From Gemmatimonadota bacterium (GTDB taxonomy: Bacteria > Gemmatimonadota > Gemmatimonadetes > Palauibacterales > Palauibacteraceae), in NCBI GenBank assembly GCA_046758745.1, contig JBHIAV010000012.1, positions 1 to 64,000 on the forward strand: a DNA stretch of 64,000 nt, in the 5' to 3' direction. The stretch's first letter is position 1. The number at the start of each line of letters is the position of its first letter. This document shows, one piece after another, positions 40,088 through 50,310 of the stretch. The position numbers and the translations under genes were made by a program. The notes below the pieces were generated by a model, which was not told where the DNA came from, made no database searches, and was given only the letters and a program-made list of their open reading frames with translations.

Positions 40088-40277
40088 CGGCGCACGCCGG
40101 ACGGGTTCCTGGTCCACTCTCCGGAGTTGCGGCGCTCCGACCTGCGAGGGACGGACGCACTGCGAGCCTCCTCCGTACCGGCCATATTAAGTTATGTGGT
40201 CGCAGCCGGGCTCGCCTGTCGGGAAGACCCGGCAAGAACTTGTCGGGAGATCTCCCTCGCCGAGGTGAGCGAAGGTG

Positions 40278-41516
40278 CTATGTGCCGGGGCGCGGCAAGG
40301 ACTCCCCCCGCCACATGTCGGATAGCGCCTCCCGCTCCCGTATCACGCGCCACTCTCCTCCATCCACGAGCACTTCGACGGGCCGCGGGCGGCTGTTGTA
40401 GTTGGAGGCCATGACGAAGCCGTACGCGCCCACATCGCTCACCACGAGCAAGTCGCCCCGGCGCACGCCGTGCAGCGGACGGTCCACCCCGAGCACGTCT
40501 CCCGACTCGCAGGTCGGACCGAGGATCGCCACGGTCGGCGGGCCCTCCAGCCGTCCTGCCAGCGGCTCGATGCGGTGGTGCGCTCCGTAGAGCGCGTAGC
40601 GGGAGAAGTCCGTGTGCCCGGCGTCGCACACGAGGGCGGGGGATCCGTCGCGCTCCCTTCGGTACAGAACACGGGTGAGGAGAAGGCCCGAGCGAGCCAC
40701 GATCGAGCGCCCCGGCTCGTATCTAACGCGGATCTCCCGGTTCGCCACGCGCTCCCGCACGAGGGCGATGAGCGCCCCCGGCTGCGGATCGGCCCCGCCC
40801 TCGTAGTCGATCCCGAGGCCACCGCCTATGTCGATCTCCGTGACCGGCCGCGGCGCGCCAGCCAGCTCACGGACGAGCCCGAGCAGGACGTCAAGGGCGC
40901 GCCGGTACGGCTCGAGCGCCCTGAGCCCGGAGCCGAGGTGCACGGCGAGGCCGCACGGCATCAGCCCCGGAGAGGCGTCGAGCCGTCCCCATACGTCGGG
41001 GAGCTCGGCCGGGCTCACCCCGAACTTCGCGTCCGCCCCCGCCGTTTGCAGGGACGGATGCGTCCCCGCCTCGATGCCGGGGCGCACGCGCACCGCGATG
41101 CGCACCGGCACCGCGGGGCTTGCGTGCCGGAGGGCCGCCTCCAACTCATTCTCCGCCTGGAGGACGAGGAGCCCGACCCCTGCGCGGATCGCCTCCGCGA
41201 CGTCGCGCTCCTCTTTCGGAACGCCACCGAAGACGACCCGCCGGGCCGCGATGCCGGCCCGGCGCACCCGGGCGAGCTCACCGCGGGTCGCCACCTCGAA
41301 CTCGATTCCGTGCCGGGCCAGGCGATGGAGGATCGACAGGTTGGAGTTGGCCTTGACGCTGTAGCACACGTCGCGCGGATCGTCCACCGCGCGCACCCAG
41401 CGGGCCACGCTCGCGTCCAGGGCGCGTCCGTCGTACACGTAGGCGGGCGTCCCCACCCGCTCGGCGATCTCCTGCAGGAGGGCGACCTCGACGGCCGCCC
41501 GGTGCGTCGGGGTCAC
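40278..41516 (-). CDS. lysA: Diaminopimelate decarboxylase
   Basis: GTPAYVYD, YSVKANSN, HLGS, IGGGLG, EPGRSIV, GPTCESGD, GAYGFVMASNYN. Confidence 0.92.
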   Translation of the reverse strand: MTPTHRAAVEVALLQEIAERVGTPAYVYDGRALDASVARWVRAVDDPRDVCYSVKANSNLSILHRLARHGIEFEVATRGELARVRRAGIAARRVVFGGVPKEERDVAEAIRAGVGLLVLQAENELEAALRHASPAVPVRIAVRVRPGIEAGTHPSLQTAGADAKFGVSPAELPDVWGRLDASPGLMPCGLAVHLGSGLRALEPYRRALDVLLGLVRELAGAPRPVTEIDIGGGLGIDYEGGADPQPGALIALVRERVANREIRVRYEPGRSIVARSGLLLTRVLYRRERDGSPALVCDAGHTDFSRYALYGAHHRIEPLAGRLEGPPTVAILGPTCESGDVLGVDRPLHGVRRGDLLVVSDVGAYGFVMASNYNSRPRPVEVLVDGGEWRVIREREALSDMWRGESLPRPGT

Positions 41517-41523
41517 CCCGGGG

Positions 41524-42441
41524 TCATGCGGGGACCAGGAGGCGACCGGCCAGCGGGTCGATCGAGATCGAGATCGGCGTCTCGTCCCGCGGCTCGCCAT
41601 CGATCTGCACGGCGACGGGGGGATCGGACTCGACCGTGACCTCGCGCGCCTGAAGAAAGATCATGCGGTCGTCGCCTGCGTGGTCGTGGCGCGCCACCCT
41701 CCACACGATGCGCGCCATCTCGGGGAGATTGCGGGGCGCGAAGATGCAGACGTCGATCAGGCCGTCCTGGAAGGAGGCCTTCGGCGCCACCTGGAGCTCG
41801 ACCGGAAGGGTCCCTGCCCCGAGCAGACCGACGTTGGCGAGGAGGACCATGGTGGCCCGCACCCCCAGCTCTCTCCCGTCGGCCACGATGCGGAAGTCCG
41901 CGCTCCGGGGCGTGATGACGTTCTTGAGGCCGCTGTACAGATACGCGCCGAAGCCGAGTCGGTGCTTGAGCTCGGCCGTGGCCCCCGCCATCACCTCCGC
42001 GTCCAGGCCGGCGCCCGCGATGAGGGCGAAGTACTCGCCGTTCGCCCGGGCGAGATCGATCTTCTCCACCACGCCGTCCACCGCCACCGCCACGCTCCCC
42101 TCGAGCGAGGTCGGGATCCCGAAGTTCAGCGCGAGTTGATTGCCCGTCCCGAACGGCAGGATCGCCACCGGCACCTCGGTCCCCGCCGTGCCACGCAGCG
42201 CCAGGGCGACCGTCCCATCGCCTCCGGCCGCCGCGACAGCGCGGTAGCCAGCGGCGGCTGCGGTGCGCGCGGCCTCGAGCGCCTCGACCGCCGAGGTGGC
42301 CTCGTAGAGGTCGAAGGGGACGCAGCGATCAGCCAAGGCCGCCGCGATCCGGCGACGGAGGACGGCGGGCTGTCCTCCGCTGGCCTTCGGATTGATGAGG
42401 ACGAGGATGCGCTCGGAGTCCGCGTACGGGAAATCAGGCAC
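41524..42441 (-). CDS. Diacylglycerol/lipid kinase family protein (YegS/Rv2252)
   Basis: INPKAS, AGGDGTV, LPFGTGNQLA, QIDGE. Confidence 0.92.
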   Translation of the reverse strand: MPDFPYADSERILVLINPKASGGQPAVLRRRIAAALADRCVPFDLYEATSAVEALEAARTAAAAGYRAVAAAGGDGTVALALRGTAGTEVPVAILPFGTGNQLALNFGIPTSLEGSVAVAVDGVVEKIDLARANGEYFALIAGAGLDAEVMAGATAELKHRLGFGAYLYSGLKNVITPRSADFRIVADGRELGVRATMVLLANVGLLGAGTLPVELQVAPKASFQDGLIDVCIFAPRNLPEMARIVWRVARHDHAGDDRMIFLQAREVTVESDPPVAVQIDGEPRDETPISISIDPLAGRLLVPA

Positions 42442-43273
42442 CCGCGCTCGCTATCTCCTCCAGGCGCCGGATCCGCTCCTCCGTGGGTGGGTGGGTGCGG
42501 AAGAGCGCCGCGAACGCCGCGCCCCCACCCCGCAGCGGATTCACGATACACAGGTGCGCGGCGGCCGGGTTGACCTCCATGGGCACCCGGCGGGCTGCGC
42601 TCTCGAGCTTTCGGAGCGCACTCGCCAGCTCCCTCGGCCGGCCGCTGATCCCGGCGCCGATCCGGTCCGCCCGGAACTCGCCGGCCCGGCTGATCGCCAT
42701 CTGGATGAGCATCGCGGCGATCGGGGCGAGGATGAGCATGAGAAGCGCCCCCATCACCCCCCCACGGTCCCGGTCGCCCCCGAACCAGAGGCCGAAACGG
42801 GCCAGCATGACGATGGCGGCCGACATCGTCGCGGCGATCGTCCCGATCAGCATATCGCGGTTCTTGACGTGGGCGAGCTCGTGCGCGATCACGCCGGCCA
42901 GCTCTTCGCGGTTCGCCAGCTTCAGGATGCCCCGGGTCACGCACACCACGGCGCGCTCCGGACTTCGACCCGTTGCGAAGGCGTTCGGCTGATCCGACGG
43001 GGACAGCGCGAGGGTCGGCATCGGCAGCCCGGCTCGCCTTCGCAGCCTGTCCACCATGTCGTAGAGATCCGGCGCGTCGCTCTGCTGGAGAATCTTCGCC
43101 CGATACATGCGAAGCACGATGCGATCGCTGAACCAGTAGCTCCCGAAGTTGAAGAGCAGGGCGAAGAAGAAGGCGATGATCATCACGTCGGTGCCGCCGA
43201 AGAAGCCGGCGACGCCGAGGAAGAGCGCCGTCATCAGGGCCATCAGCCCGAAGGTTTTCACGTAATTCGTCAT
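42434..43273 (-). CDS. htpX: Zinc metalloprotease HtpX
   Basis: QPNAFATGR, HELAH, ISRAGEFRAD, THPPTEERI. Confidence 0.94.
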   Translation of the reverse strand: MTNYVKTFGLMALMTALFLGVAGFFGGTDVMIIAFFFALLFNFGSYWFSDRIVLRMYRAKILQQSDAPDLYDMVDRLRRRAGLPMPTLALSPSDQPNAFATGRSPERAVVCVTRGILKLANREELAGVIAHELAHVKNRDMLIGTIAATMSAAIVMLARFGLWFGGDRDRGGVMGALLMLILAPIAAMLIQMAISRAGEFRADRIGAGISGRPRELASALRKLESAARRVPMEVNPAAAHLCIVNPLRGGGAAFAALFRTHPPTEERIRRLEEIASAGA

Positions 43274-43392
43274 GTCGATCGAAGCTCCTACGTGAGCGGC
43301 CGGCGGCACCCGACCAATCTACCGCTTTCCCGGGCGTTTTACACCCGTACGGCCCTCACGGCTCCCCCATGGGCGCCTCTCGCACCCGCCCG

Positions 43393-46300
43393 TCAGAAGC
43401 TCCATTCCCGGAAGAGGAACAGCCCGTACGTGCGGTCGGTGTCGATGTTCGAGGTCGATGACAGCAGGGAGAGCGGCCGGTACCGTTCCTCCGTTCTCGC
43501 CTCGAGCAACCAGCCTTCGGAGAACTGCCACTCCAGGGAGACGCCCGGAAGCTGACCGCCGAGGGGCTGGCTGGCCCGCACGAACAGCTCCGGGGTGAGG
43601 TACCGCCCCACCTCTACCTCCGTGCCGGCGAAGAGGAGACCCCCGCTCTCCTCCTCGCTCAGGTCCAGCGTGCTGGTGCTGCGAAGGTTCAGGTAGTCGA
43701 CGACCCCGCTGCCCGACACGAACACCTGCGAGAAGCCGGAGCCGACTGTGCCGAGGATTCCCTCGCGCAGGAGCGAGGCGGCGAAGGCTCCTCCCTGGTC
43801 ACCGACTCCGACGCACGGGCTCGCGAAGAGGAGATAGCAGATGCGGTCCGATTCGGGGAGCGGTGGCTCGCTGGTGGTCGTGAGGGTCGGCCGGACCATC
43901 GTGCCGCCGATCATGGCCGTCACGGTGAGCTGTCCCACCTCCTGGGTGCGCGTCCGGTACTCGGCCTGGATATCGAGGTTCGGGTCGAGTCCGGGGGTGC
44001 CCACGAACGAGATCGTCCCGGTTGTGATCTGGAGGTCGCGCGAGTAGAGGCTCTCCAGCTCCGTCGTCGAGCCCGAGATGTAGGTGTACGTGCCTCGGGG
44101 GATGTGCAGGTCGCCGGCCGCTGCGAGATCGTCCGTCGCCCTGTCCAGCCGGAGCTCGATCGCGCCCACGAGCTCCATGTCGAGGGCGCTGGAGCGGAGC
44201 CACAGGCCCGGCCCCATCTGCAGAGTCACCTCGAGCCTCACGTTGTCCAAGAACGGATCGCGGAGCTCGCTGAGCACGCGCTCCTCTGCAACTATCGTGG
44301 TGTCTATCAAGCTGAACACCTCGGGGTCCGTGAGATCCACGGCCTGCCGCTCTCGTAGGAAGCGCTCCACCCGTATCACGCCTTCCGACAGGCGGAAAAC
44401 GCCCGTGAGAAAGGCGCGCTCGTACTCCCCGCCGAGGTGGCCCCGGCCGCCGATCTGCAGCGTGGCGAGCCGGCTGTCGATCGCCCCGAGGCGGCTGGCG
44501 CGGAGGTCGAGATCGAACCTGGGGTTGGTGAAGCTTGAAAGGTCGAGGATGCCCTCGATCACCGCGCTGCCGCCGGCCGATGAGGCGAGCGTCACGGACT
44601 CCAGGATCGCCTGGCTCCCGGTGAAGCGGACTCCTCCGCCGATCTCCTGGAACCGCACCCCGAGGCTCGGCAGCGTCGCTGCGCCGTCCCGGACGGTGAG
44701 CCGGCCCTCGTAGCGCAGATCGCCCGGCCCTCCAAGGACCCGCACCTCGCCCCGCGCCACTCCCTCCACCGCCCGCAGCGCGCGGAACGCGAGCTCGAGG
44801 GGATGGAGCGGCGTACTGTCGGCGTGCACGAAGAGGTCCAACGAGTTAGGCAGGAGACGCCGCTCGACCCCATGCAGGGCCAGGTCCACCCCGATCGACC
44901 CGTCGACGCGGGCCACATTGACATCCCCACCCCGCAGCACGGTTCGAACGTTCAGTCGGCGGTCCGCGTAGCGGAGCTCTCCCTCGAGAAGCGGGAAAAC
45001 GAGCGACGCGTACTCCGGCTCCCGGACCCGGAACCGGCCCTCCATGCGAGGCGAAGCCGCGGTCCCTCTCACCCGCAGGGTGGCGTCGAGCTGGCCCCCC
45101 ACATGTGCCAACTTCGGCCACGGGGCGAAGGCGTTCTCCAGGCGCAGGGCCTCGATCCTCACATCCAGGTCGGCCGTCCCGCTGTCGGGCACCGCTCCCC
45201 CGATCCGGATCACCGGTCCCCCTCCGCCCACGAGCTCCAACCCGTCCACGAAGAGGCCGGACTCGCCATACGCCACCAACGCGGAGCCACGCAACCGGAG
45301 CTCCCGGTCGGGGCCCTTGTACCGGAACCGGTCCACCGTCACAGCCCGCCGTGACTCGGCCAGCTCGAGCACCCCGCGCGCATCCAGTTCGAGGCTCGTG
45401 TCGCGGCGGGCATACACCTCGACGTCGCTCCGCACGGGCCCCAGCCGCTGCAGGCGCACGAAGAGGGAGTCCGCGCGGCTTCCGAGACCCTCGGCGTTCC
45501 ACACATGGGATCGCATCACGAGAGAATCGAGAGCGTGGGGGTTCGACACGTCGATGGTGAACTGGAGGGAGTCGGCGCTCAGCTCGCCGTACCGAATATC
45601 CCGAGCGTTCACGCGTCCGCCGAACGCGAAGTCGCGGGCGTTTCCGAACACGACTCCCCGTGCAGCGAGCCGGCCGGCGAGCGTGTCGGCCCTCCCCTGC
45701 GGTGGCAGGATCCCCACCGCATCATCTTCCCGCTGGAAGTCAGCGAACAGGTCCGTCACGCTCGTGTCGGGATGCGTGGGATGTCGTCCCGGCAGAAGCC
45801 AGCGGTTCCATTCGGCCAGGTCCGGGGCCGTCACGTCGAGAATCAGGGATCCGCTTCTCCCCTCCACCAGGCCGAAAGAGCCGAAGCCGTCCACCGTCCC
45901 CACATCCGTGCGAATGGTGAACGTGTCGGCGTTGGCGAGGCCGTCCGCCAGCGTGAAGCGAAGGAGGCTCGAATCCACCCTGGCTCCCTCGAACAACGAG
46001 GGTAGGATCTCGAGATCGAAGGTCGCCCGCAGGGTGCGCGGATCCGTGCCCCGTCCCTGCACCCGGCCCCGCACCGCCAGACGCGTCTCCGGTCCCCCTT
46101 TCGCCCACTGTCGGAGCTGGATATCCCGAGCGAAGAGGCGCGCGTCGTACACCTGCTCCTCGGCGACGAGGTTGAATCGGCCATCGAAGTTGAGCAGGCC
46201 GCGCGGCGTGCGGAGGTCCGCCGTGAGGCGCAGGTCGTCCAGCGTCCCGGAGGCGGAGAAGGGTCCCCGCACCACCCCGACGAGATCGATCCCCTTCATG

Positions 46301-47901
46301 TAGGGGTCCACCAGGGAGAGGGACAGGGGATCGGCCGTGAAGCTAACGTCGAGCGACGAGGCCTCCCGTAGGTCCAACGATCCGTCGCCCACGAGATGGG
46401 TGAGCGAGTCGCCCGGAAGCTGGTGAAAGAGGTCGGCGGAGAAGGAGAGCGGCCCGCCGGCGAAGCCGTCGAGCGTCGCCGTCCCGCGGGCCCGCCCGTC
46501 GATGTCGACCACAATGCCCACCAAGGAGGCCCACCGGGGCTCGAACTCCTCGAACTCGAGCTCCAGTCCGCGCATCTCGTTGGGCTCGCCGACGCTGATC
46601 CTGCCGCGCGCCCTGAGCCCGGACGGAGATGTCTCTCCATCCAGGTCGCGCAGCTCGAGGCCGGCGTCGATGTGGAGCAGGTCGATCGGACCGGAGCCGC
46701 TCAGGCGGCCATCGATGAAGCCATCGATCAACCGTTCCCTGTCGAAGAGCTCGTCGACGAGCGCGATCCGTAGCGGCCGCATATCCATGGCGAGCGACTC
46801 GAATCGCGGCGGGCTCCCCAGGGCCACCACGAAGCTGCCGGAGAGACGCGTGTCCTCCACCTCGATGTCCCCATCCGCCACCTCCACTACCACCGCCTCG
46901 TCCCGGGAACGAAGGACCACGTCCATCGGTCCGCCGCCGCCGGCCGGCACCGGGATCGGCAGCCATTGCAGGTCGGAGAAGCCCAGCGGTTCTGCAGCCA
47001 GGTCGAAGCGGTAGGCGGGCGGATCCTCGGGGACCACCCACCCGCGTCCGGCGAGAGAGCTCCCCGTCGTGCGCAGGCGGTCCAGCTCGACCGCGATGGT
47101 GTCCCGAAACACCACGCTACCGTCGAACCGGCTGATCTCCAGGGGCTGCGCGACCACGCGGGCAGTCGCTCCGATCCCTTTCAGCTCGAAGCGCATCGGG
47201 CGCCGGGGATCGGCCACGCGGATGAGGGGAAAGCGCCCGCGCAGGGAATCGAGCTCCAGGAGGCGTTCGTAGGTGCGCGGGCCGCTTTGCCGTACCCGCC
47301 ACACGGCGTCGCCCCGCAGTCCACGGGCCACGGCGCTGTCGAAGGCGGAACCGGTCAGCCCGCGCGCCCACGGGGTTCGTAAGGTGAGGCGGCCGGTCTC
47401 GACCTCCACATCGGTGAGGAGAAGGCGGATCCCGCCGGGTCCACCGCCGCCCCCACCGAACAGCTCGTCGAAGTTCCAAACCCCTTCGTCGCTCTGGTAC
47501 AGGTGCACGCGCGCGCGACGGATCCGGGCCCGACGGAAGCGATACTCGCCGGTGAGGAACCCCATCGGGTTGTACTCGACCAGGATGCTGTCGACGTCGA
47601 GGAAGGGGACGCCATCGTGTGTGGCGATCTCGAAGTGCGCCACGTGCGCTCGCGTGAGGAGGTTTCCCCCGATGATCGGGCCGAGGCGCACCTCCCCGTT
47701 CACCGCACCCCGTAGGGCCTCCTCCACGAAGGAAGCCGCTGCGTGGCGGCCCACCACGGTCTGGCTCAGCAGGAAGATTCCCCCGGCGGCGGTGAGGAAG
47801 ACGAGCCCGAGGAGGACCGCCAGCGAGCGCCCGGCGATCTCCGCCGCGCGTCCGAGGCGCGGCGGGAGAAGGGGCAGGCGGGGCCACTCCACGCGTCTCA
47901 T
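43393..47901 (-). CDS. tamB: Translocation/assembly module TamB-like protein
   Basis: 1502 aa, N-terminal anchor, beta-rich, C-terminal DPNLDIQAEY..EVGRYLTP; adjacent to an Omp85 gene. Confidence 0.82.
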   Translation of the reverse strand: MRRVEWPRLPLLPPRLGRAAEIAGRSLAVLLGLVFLTAAGGIFLLSQTVVGRHAAASFVEEALRGAVNGEVRLGPIIGGNLLTRAHVAHFEIATHDGVPFLDVDSILVEYNPMGFLTGEYRFRRARIRRARVHLYQSDEGVWNFDELFGGGGGGPGGIRLLLTDVEVETGRLTLRTPWARGLTGSAFDSAVARGLRGDAVWRVRQSGPRTYERLLELDSLRGRFPLIRVADPRRPMRFELKGIGATARVVAQPLEISRFDGSVVFRDTIAVELDRLRTTGSSLAGRGWVVPEDPPAYRFDLAAEPLGFSDLQWLPIPVPAGGGGPMDVVLRSRDEAVVVEVADGDIEVEDTRLSGSFVVALGSPPRFESLAMDMRPLRIALVDELFDRERLIDGFIDGRLSGSGPIDLLHIDAGLELRDLDGETSPSGLRARGRISVGEPNEMRGLELEFEEFEPRWASLVGIVVDIDGRARGTATLDGFAGGPLSFSADLFHQLPGDSLTHLVGDGSLDLREASSLDVSFTADPLSLSLVDPYMKGIDLVGVVRGPFSASGTLDDLRLTADLRTPRGLLNFDGRFNLVAEEQVYDARLFARDIQLRQWAKGGPETRLAVRGRVQGRGTDPRTLRATFDLEILPSLFEGARVDSSLLRFTLADGLANADTFTIRTDVGTVDGFGSFGLVEGRSGSLILDVTAPDLAEWNRWLLPGRHPTHPDTSVTDLFADFQREDDAVGILPPQGRADTLAGRLAARGVVFGNARDFAFGGRVNARDIRYGELSADSLQFTIDVSNPHALDSLVMRSHVWNAEGLGSRADSLFVRLQRLGPVRSDVEVYARRDTSLELDARGVLELAESRRAVTVDRFRYKGPDRELRLRGSALVAYGESGLFVDGLELVGGGGPVIRIGGAVPDSGTADLDVRIEALRLENAFAPWPKLAHVGGQLDATLRVRGTAASPRMEGRFRVREPEYASLVFPLLEGELRYADRRLNVRTVLRGGDVNVARVDGSIGVDLALHGVERRLLPNSLDLFVHADSTPLHPLELAFRALRAVEGVARGEVRVLGGPGDLRYEGRLTVRDGAATLPSLGVRFQEIGGGVRFTGSQAILESVTLASSAGGSAVIEGILDLSSFTNPRFDLDLRASRLGAIDSRLATLQIGGRGHLGGEYERAFLTGVFRLSEGVIRVERFLRERQAVDLTDPEVFSLIDTTIVAEERVLSELRDPFLDNVRLEVTLQMGPGLWLRSSALDMELVGAIELRLDRATDDLAAAGDLHIPRGTYTYISGSTTELESLYSRDLQITTGTISFVGTPGLDPNLDIQAEYRTRTQEVGQLTVTAMIGGTMVRPTLTTTSEPPLPESDRICYLLFASPCVGVGDQGGAFAASLLREGILGTVGSGFSQVFVSGSGVVDYLNLRSTSTLDLSEEESGGLLFAGTEVEVGRYLTPELFVRASQPLGGQLPGVSLEWQFSEGWLLEARTEERYRPLSLLSSTSNIDTDRTYGLFLFREWSF

Positions 47902-47902
47902 C

Positions 47903-50074
47903 TCAGAACGCCTCCCCGATGGAGAGCTGTAGCTGGATGCGCCGGAACACCTCGGTCAGACGGCCGGCTTCGAACGTGAACGGATCGAACACCACCCGCG
48001 TCTCCAGCTCCTCGATCTCGCCGTCCGGCAACACCGCCACTACTTCCTTTTCGGAAGCTCCGGTCGGGTTATAGCCCACATCGAGGCGAATGGGTCCGAC
48101 CGGGCTCCGGTAGCGAAATCCGATGCCGGGGGTAGCGACAGGGGCGCGGATCTCCGAGAGGTCCTCCCAAACCTGACCCACGTCGACGAAGCCGACGGCG
48201 GTCCAACGGTCGCTGAGCCGAAAGCGAAGCTCGAAGCTCGCCTCGGCCGCCGCGTCCCCACCTTCCGGCCGCTCGTCGAACTCCGATGGCTCCAGCCGGG
48301 CGACGCACTCCTCCAGCTCCTCGTCCGCGCAGTCCCGTTCCGCCTCGACGACGAGCACCGTCGGCCCCAGCAGGTTGAGCCCGAACCCGCGGACGCTCTG
48401 AGGTCCGCCGGCGAAGAAGCGCTTGCGGGGATGGATCACCCCTCCCAGGACGTCTTCTCCCGCGTCGAACACCCTCCCGCCCGTAGCGGTCACCAAGCCG
48501 GTCCGGAGGCGAGCCGCCAGGACCCACCCGGGCGTGAGCTCCTCGAATCCGGCGGCTTCCACCGCGAGCCGCACATACCGGTAGTCGGAGCCCGTCTCGC
48601 GGCCCGCCCGCTCCACGGTCACGGTCGTGTAGAACCCTCCGGTGGGAGAGAACAGGTCGTTGGTGCGGTCCCAGCGCCAGGTCAGGATCACCGGGGAGAG
48701 CCAGCGTCGCTGGGTGAGGAGGGCGATGTCTTCCGGCTGGCAGAAGGCGAAGTTCACGCAGAAATAGATGTCAGCCGACTGTTTCCCGAAGCCGGTCAAC
48801 TCGGGGCGCCAGCCCAGACTCAGCGGCATGCGCGACCGGAGCCGGCGAACGAGCGCCAGCTCCCCGCCCCGGCTGTCGCGCACAAACAGGTCGGGCACCG
48901 TCTCCCGTTCCAGGAAGAGGCTGGCGCTGACCCGGTTTCGTCCGGAGAAGAAGTACGGTTGCTGGAATTCGACGCCGACCCGGTAGGTCGGGTCCTGGAA
49001 CGCGGGATCCTCCCCGACCCCCGTGCACGGGAAATCGCCTTCGAGCTGCTCCGCGCCGAGGTTCGCGAGGCGGCCGGACACCCGGAATTGCCTGGCTCCG
49101 CCGAGGAAGTTTCGGTGCGCCAGGCGGAACTCGAGCTGGCCGCACTCGGTGGTGGACAGGCCGAATCCCAGGCGCACGGAGCGGGGAGGCGCAGTGGCCA
49201 CCTCGACCCGCACATCCAGCAGCGTGTCCACCCCGGCTCGCCGCTGCGTGGCGATGTTGGCGTAGCGGAGCGCCTCGAGTCCGTAGAGGTTGCGCTGGCT
49301 CTCCAGGATGCGGTCTTCGTTCACGTACTGGCCGCGTCCGAAGGTGAGAAACTGCCACACGACCGACTCGCTGATCCTCCCGGCGCCGGTGATAGTCACG
49401 TCTCCGATTCGCACCCGCGGACCCGGCCGGATCTCGAGCATCAGGTCGGCCCGGCGCGATCCGGCGGGGATGAAGTACTCGCGGAGAATGGTGGCGTCGA
49501 TGTAGCCCTGTCCCCGAAGCTCCTGGGTGATCCGCTGCTCAGCAGCGCCGAGCTCGACCAGGTCGAAACGCTCTCCCGGTTCGAGCGGGAACTCGCGGTG
49601 CAGCTTCGCCGTATCGACGACTCCCTCGAAGCCGCGGAAGCCGAGGGAGCCCAGCAGCGTCGGCTCGTTCTCCGAGATGAGAAAGCGTACGCGAACCTTG
49701 CCGTCCGTTCGCTCGATCAGCGTGTCCACCCGCGCATCCCGGAAGCCGCGCTGGCGGTAGTACAGGTGAAGGCGGAGCAGGTCTCGCGGGAGCTCGGATC
49801 GGTCGAGAAAGGCCCGGTTGTGCGCGAATCCCCAGCTCGTCAGCGGGCACAGGGGGAACGGGAAAAAGAAGAGAAAGCTCCGGCACGTGGTCTTCTCCGT
49901 GAGGATCGCGCCGGCGAGCTCGTCGTACGAAAACGCCTCGTTCCCCTCGAACTCGAGCCCGATCACCTCCGGGTCCGGGTCCAGCCCCGGCTGGGCACGG
50001 GAAGAAGCCGGCCACCCGCAGAGGAAGACCGCGGCGACTACGAAGCGCGCGATCCCGTACAACCCGCGAGTCAA
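47903..50074 (-). CDS. tamA: Omp85-family (TamA/BamA) outer-membrane protein
   Basis: POTRA-like repeats, FFAGGPQSVRGF, SPVGPIRLD, terminal SIGEAF; likely TTG start at 50074 ahead of a signal peptide. Confidence 0.85.
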   Translation of the reverse strand: MTRGLYGIARFVVAAVFLCGWPASSRAQPGLDPDPEVIGLEFEGNEAFSYDELAGAILTEKTTCRSFLFFFPFPLCPLTSWGFAHNRAFLDRSELPRDLLRLHLYYRQRGFRDARVDTLIERTDGKVRVRFLISENEPTLLGSLGFRGFEGVVDTAKLHREFPLEPGERFDLVELGAAEQRITQELRGQGYIDATILREYFIPAGSRRADLMLEIRPGPRVRIGDVTITGAGRISESVVWQFLTFGRGQYVNEDRILESQRNLYGLEALRYANIATQRRAGVDTLLDVRVEVATAPPRSVRLGFGLSTTECGQLEFRLAHRNFLGGARQFRVSGRLANLGAEQLEGDFPCTGVGEDPAFQDPTYRVGVEFQQPYFFSGRNRVSASLFLERETVPDLFVRDSRGGELALVRRLRSRMPLSLGWRPELTGFGKQSADIYFCVNFAFCQPEDIALLTQRRWLSPVILTWRWDRTNDLFSPTGGFYTTVTVERAGRETGSDYRYVRLAVEAAGFEELTPGWVLAARLRTGLVTATGGRVFDAGEDVLGGVIHPRKRFFAGGPQSVRGFGLNLLGPTVLVVEAERDCADEELEECVARLEPSEFDERPEGGDAAAEASFELRFRLSDRWTAVGFVDVGQVWEDLSEIRAPVATPGIGFRYRSPVGPIRLDVGYNPTGASEKEVVAVLPDGEIEELETRVVFDPFTFEAGRLTEVFRRIQLQLSIGEAF

Positions 50075-50310
50075 GAGGAGCTCTCTCGAGGCTCTCCCGG
50101 TCGTCGTCGCCCCGGCTCCTCCTCGACCGTCCCGCCGGGCCGCCGGGCGGGCGTCCGGGGGGCGCCCCCCTTCCATTCCCCTTCATCGAGCGGCTCCCGC
50201 TGGAGCCAGATGCGGAGTAGGTAGAAGGAGGCAAGTCCGATAGCCACGGCGGTCGCCGCGGCCGCCGCATCCTCCCACCACTCACTCTCCCCTCGTCGAT
50301 AGATCGTCAT
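50071..50310 (-). CDS. Small hypothetical membrane protein
   Basis: One TM segment (AVAIGLASFYLLRIWLQR); start/stop overlaps with both neighbours. Confidence 0.55.
   Translation of the reverse strand: MTIYRRGESEWWEDAAAAATAVAIGLASFYLLRIWLQREPLDEGEWKGGAPRTPARRPGGTVEEEPGRRRPGEPRESSS

Noticed and set aside
22300-40277. Island as a mobile element
   Set aside because: No integrase, transposase, tRNA or flanking direct repeats were seen, and I could not compute a compositional shift.
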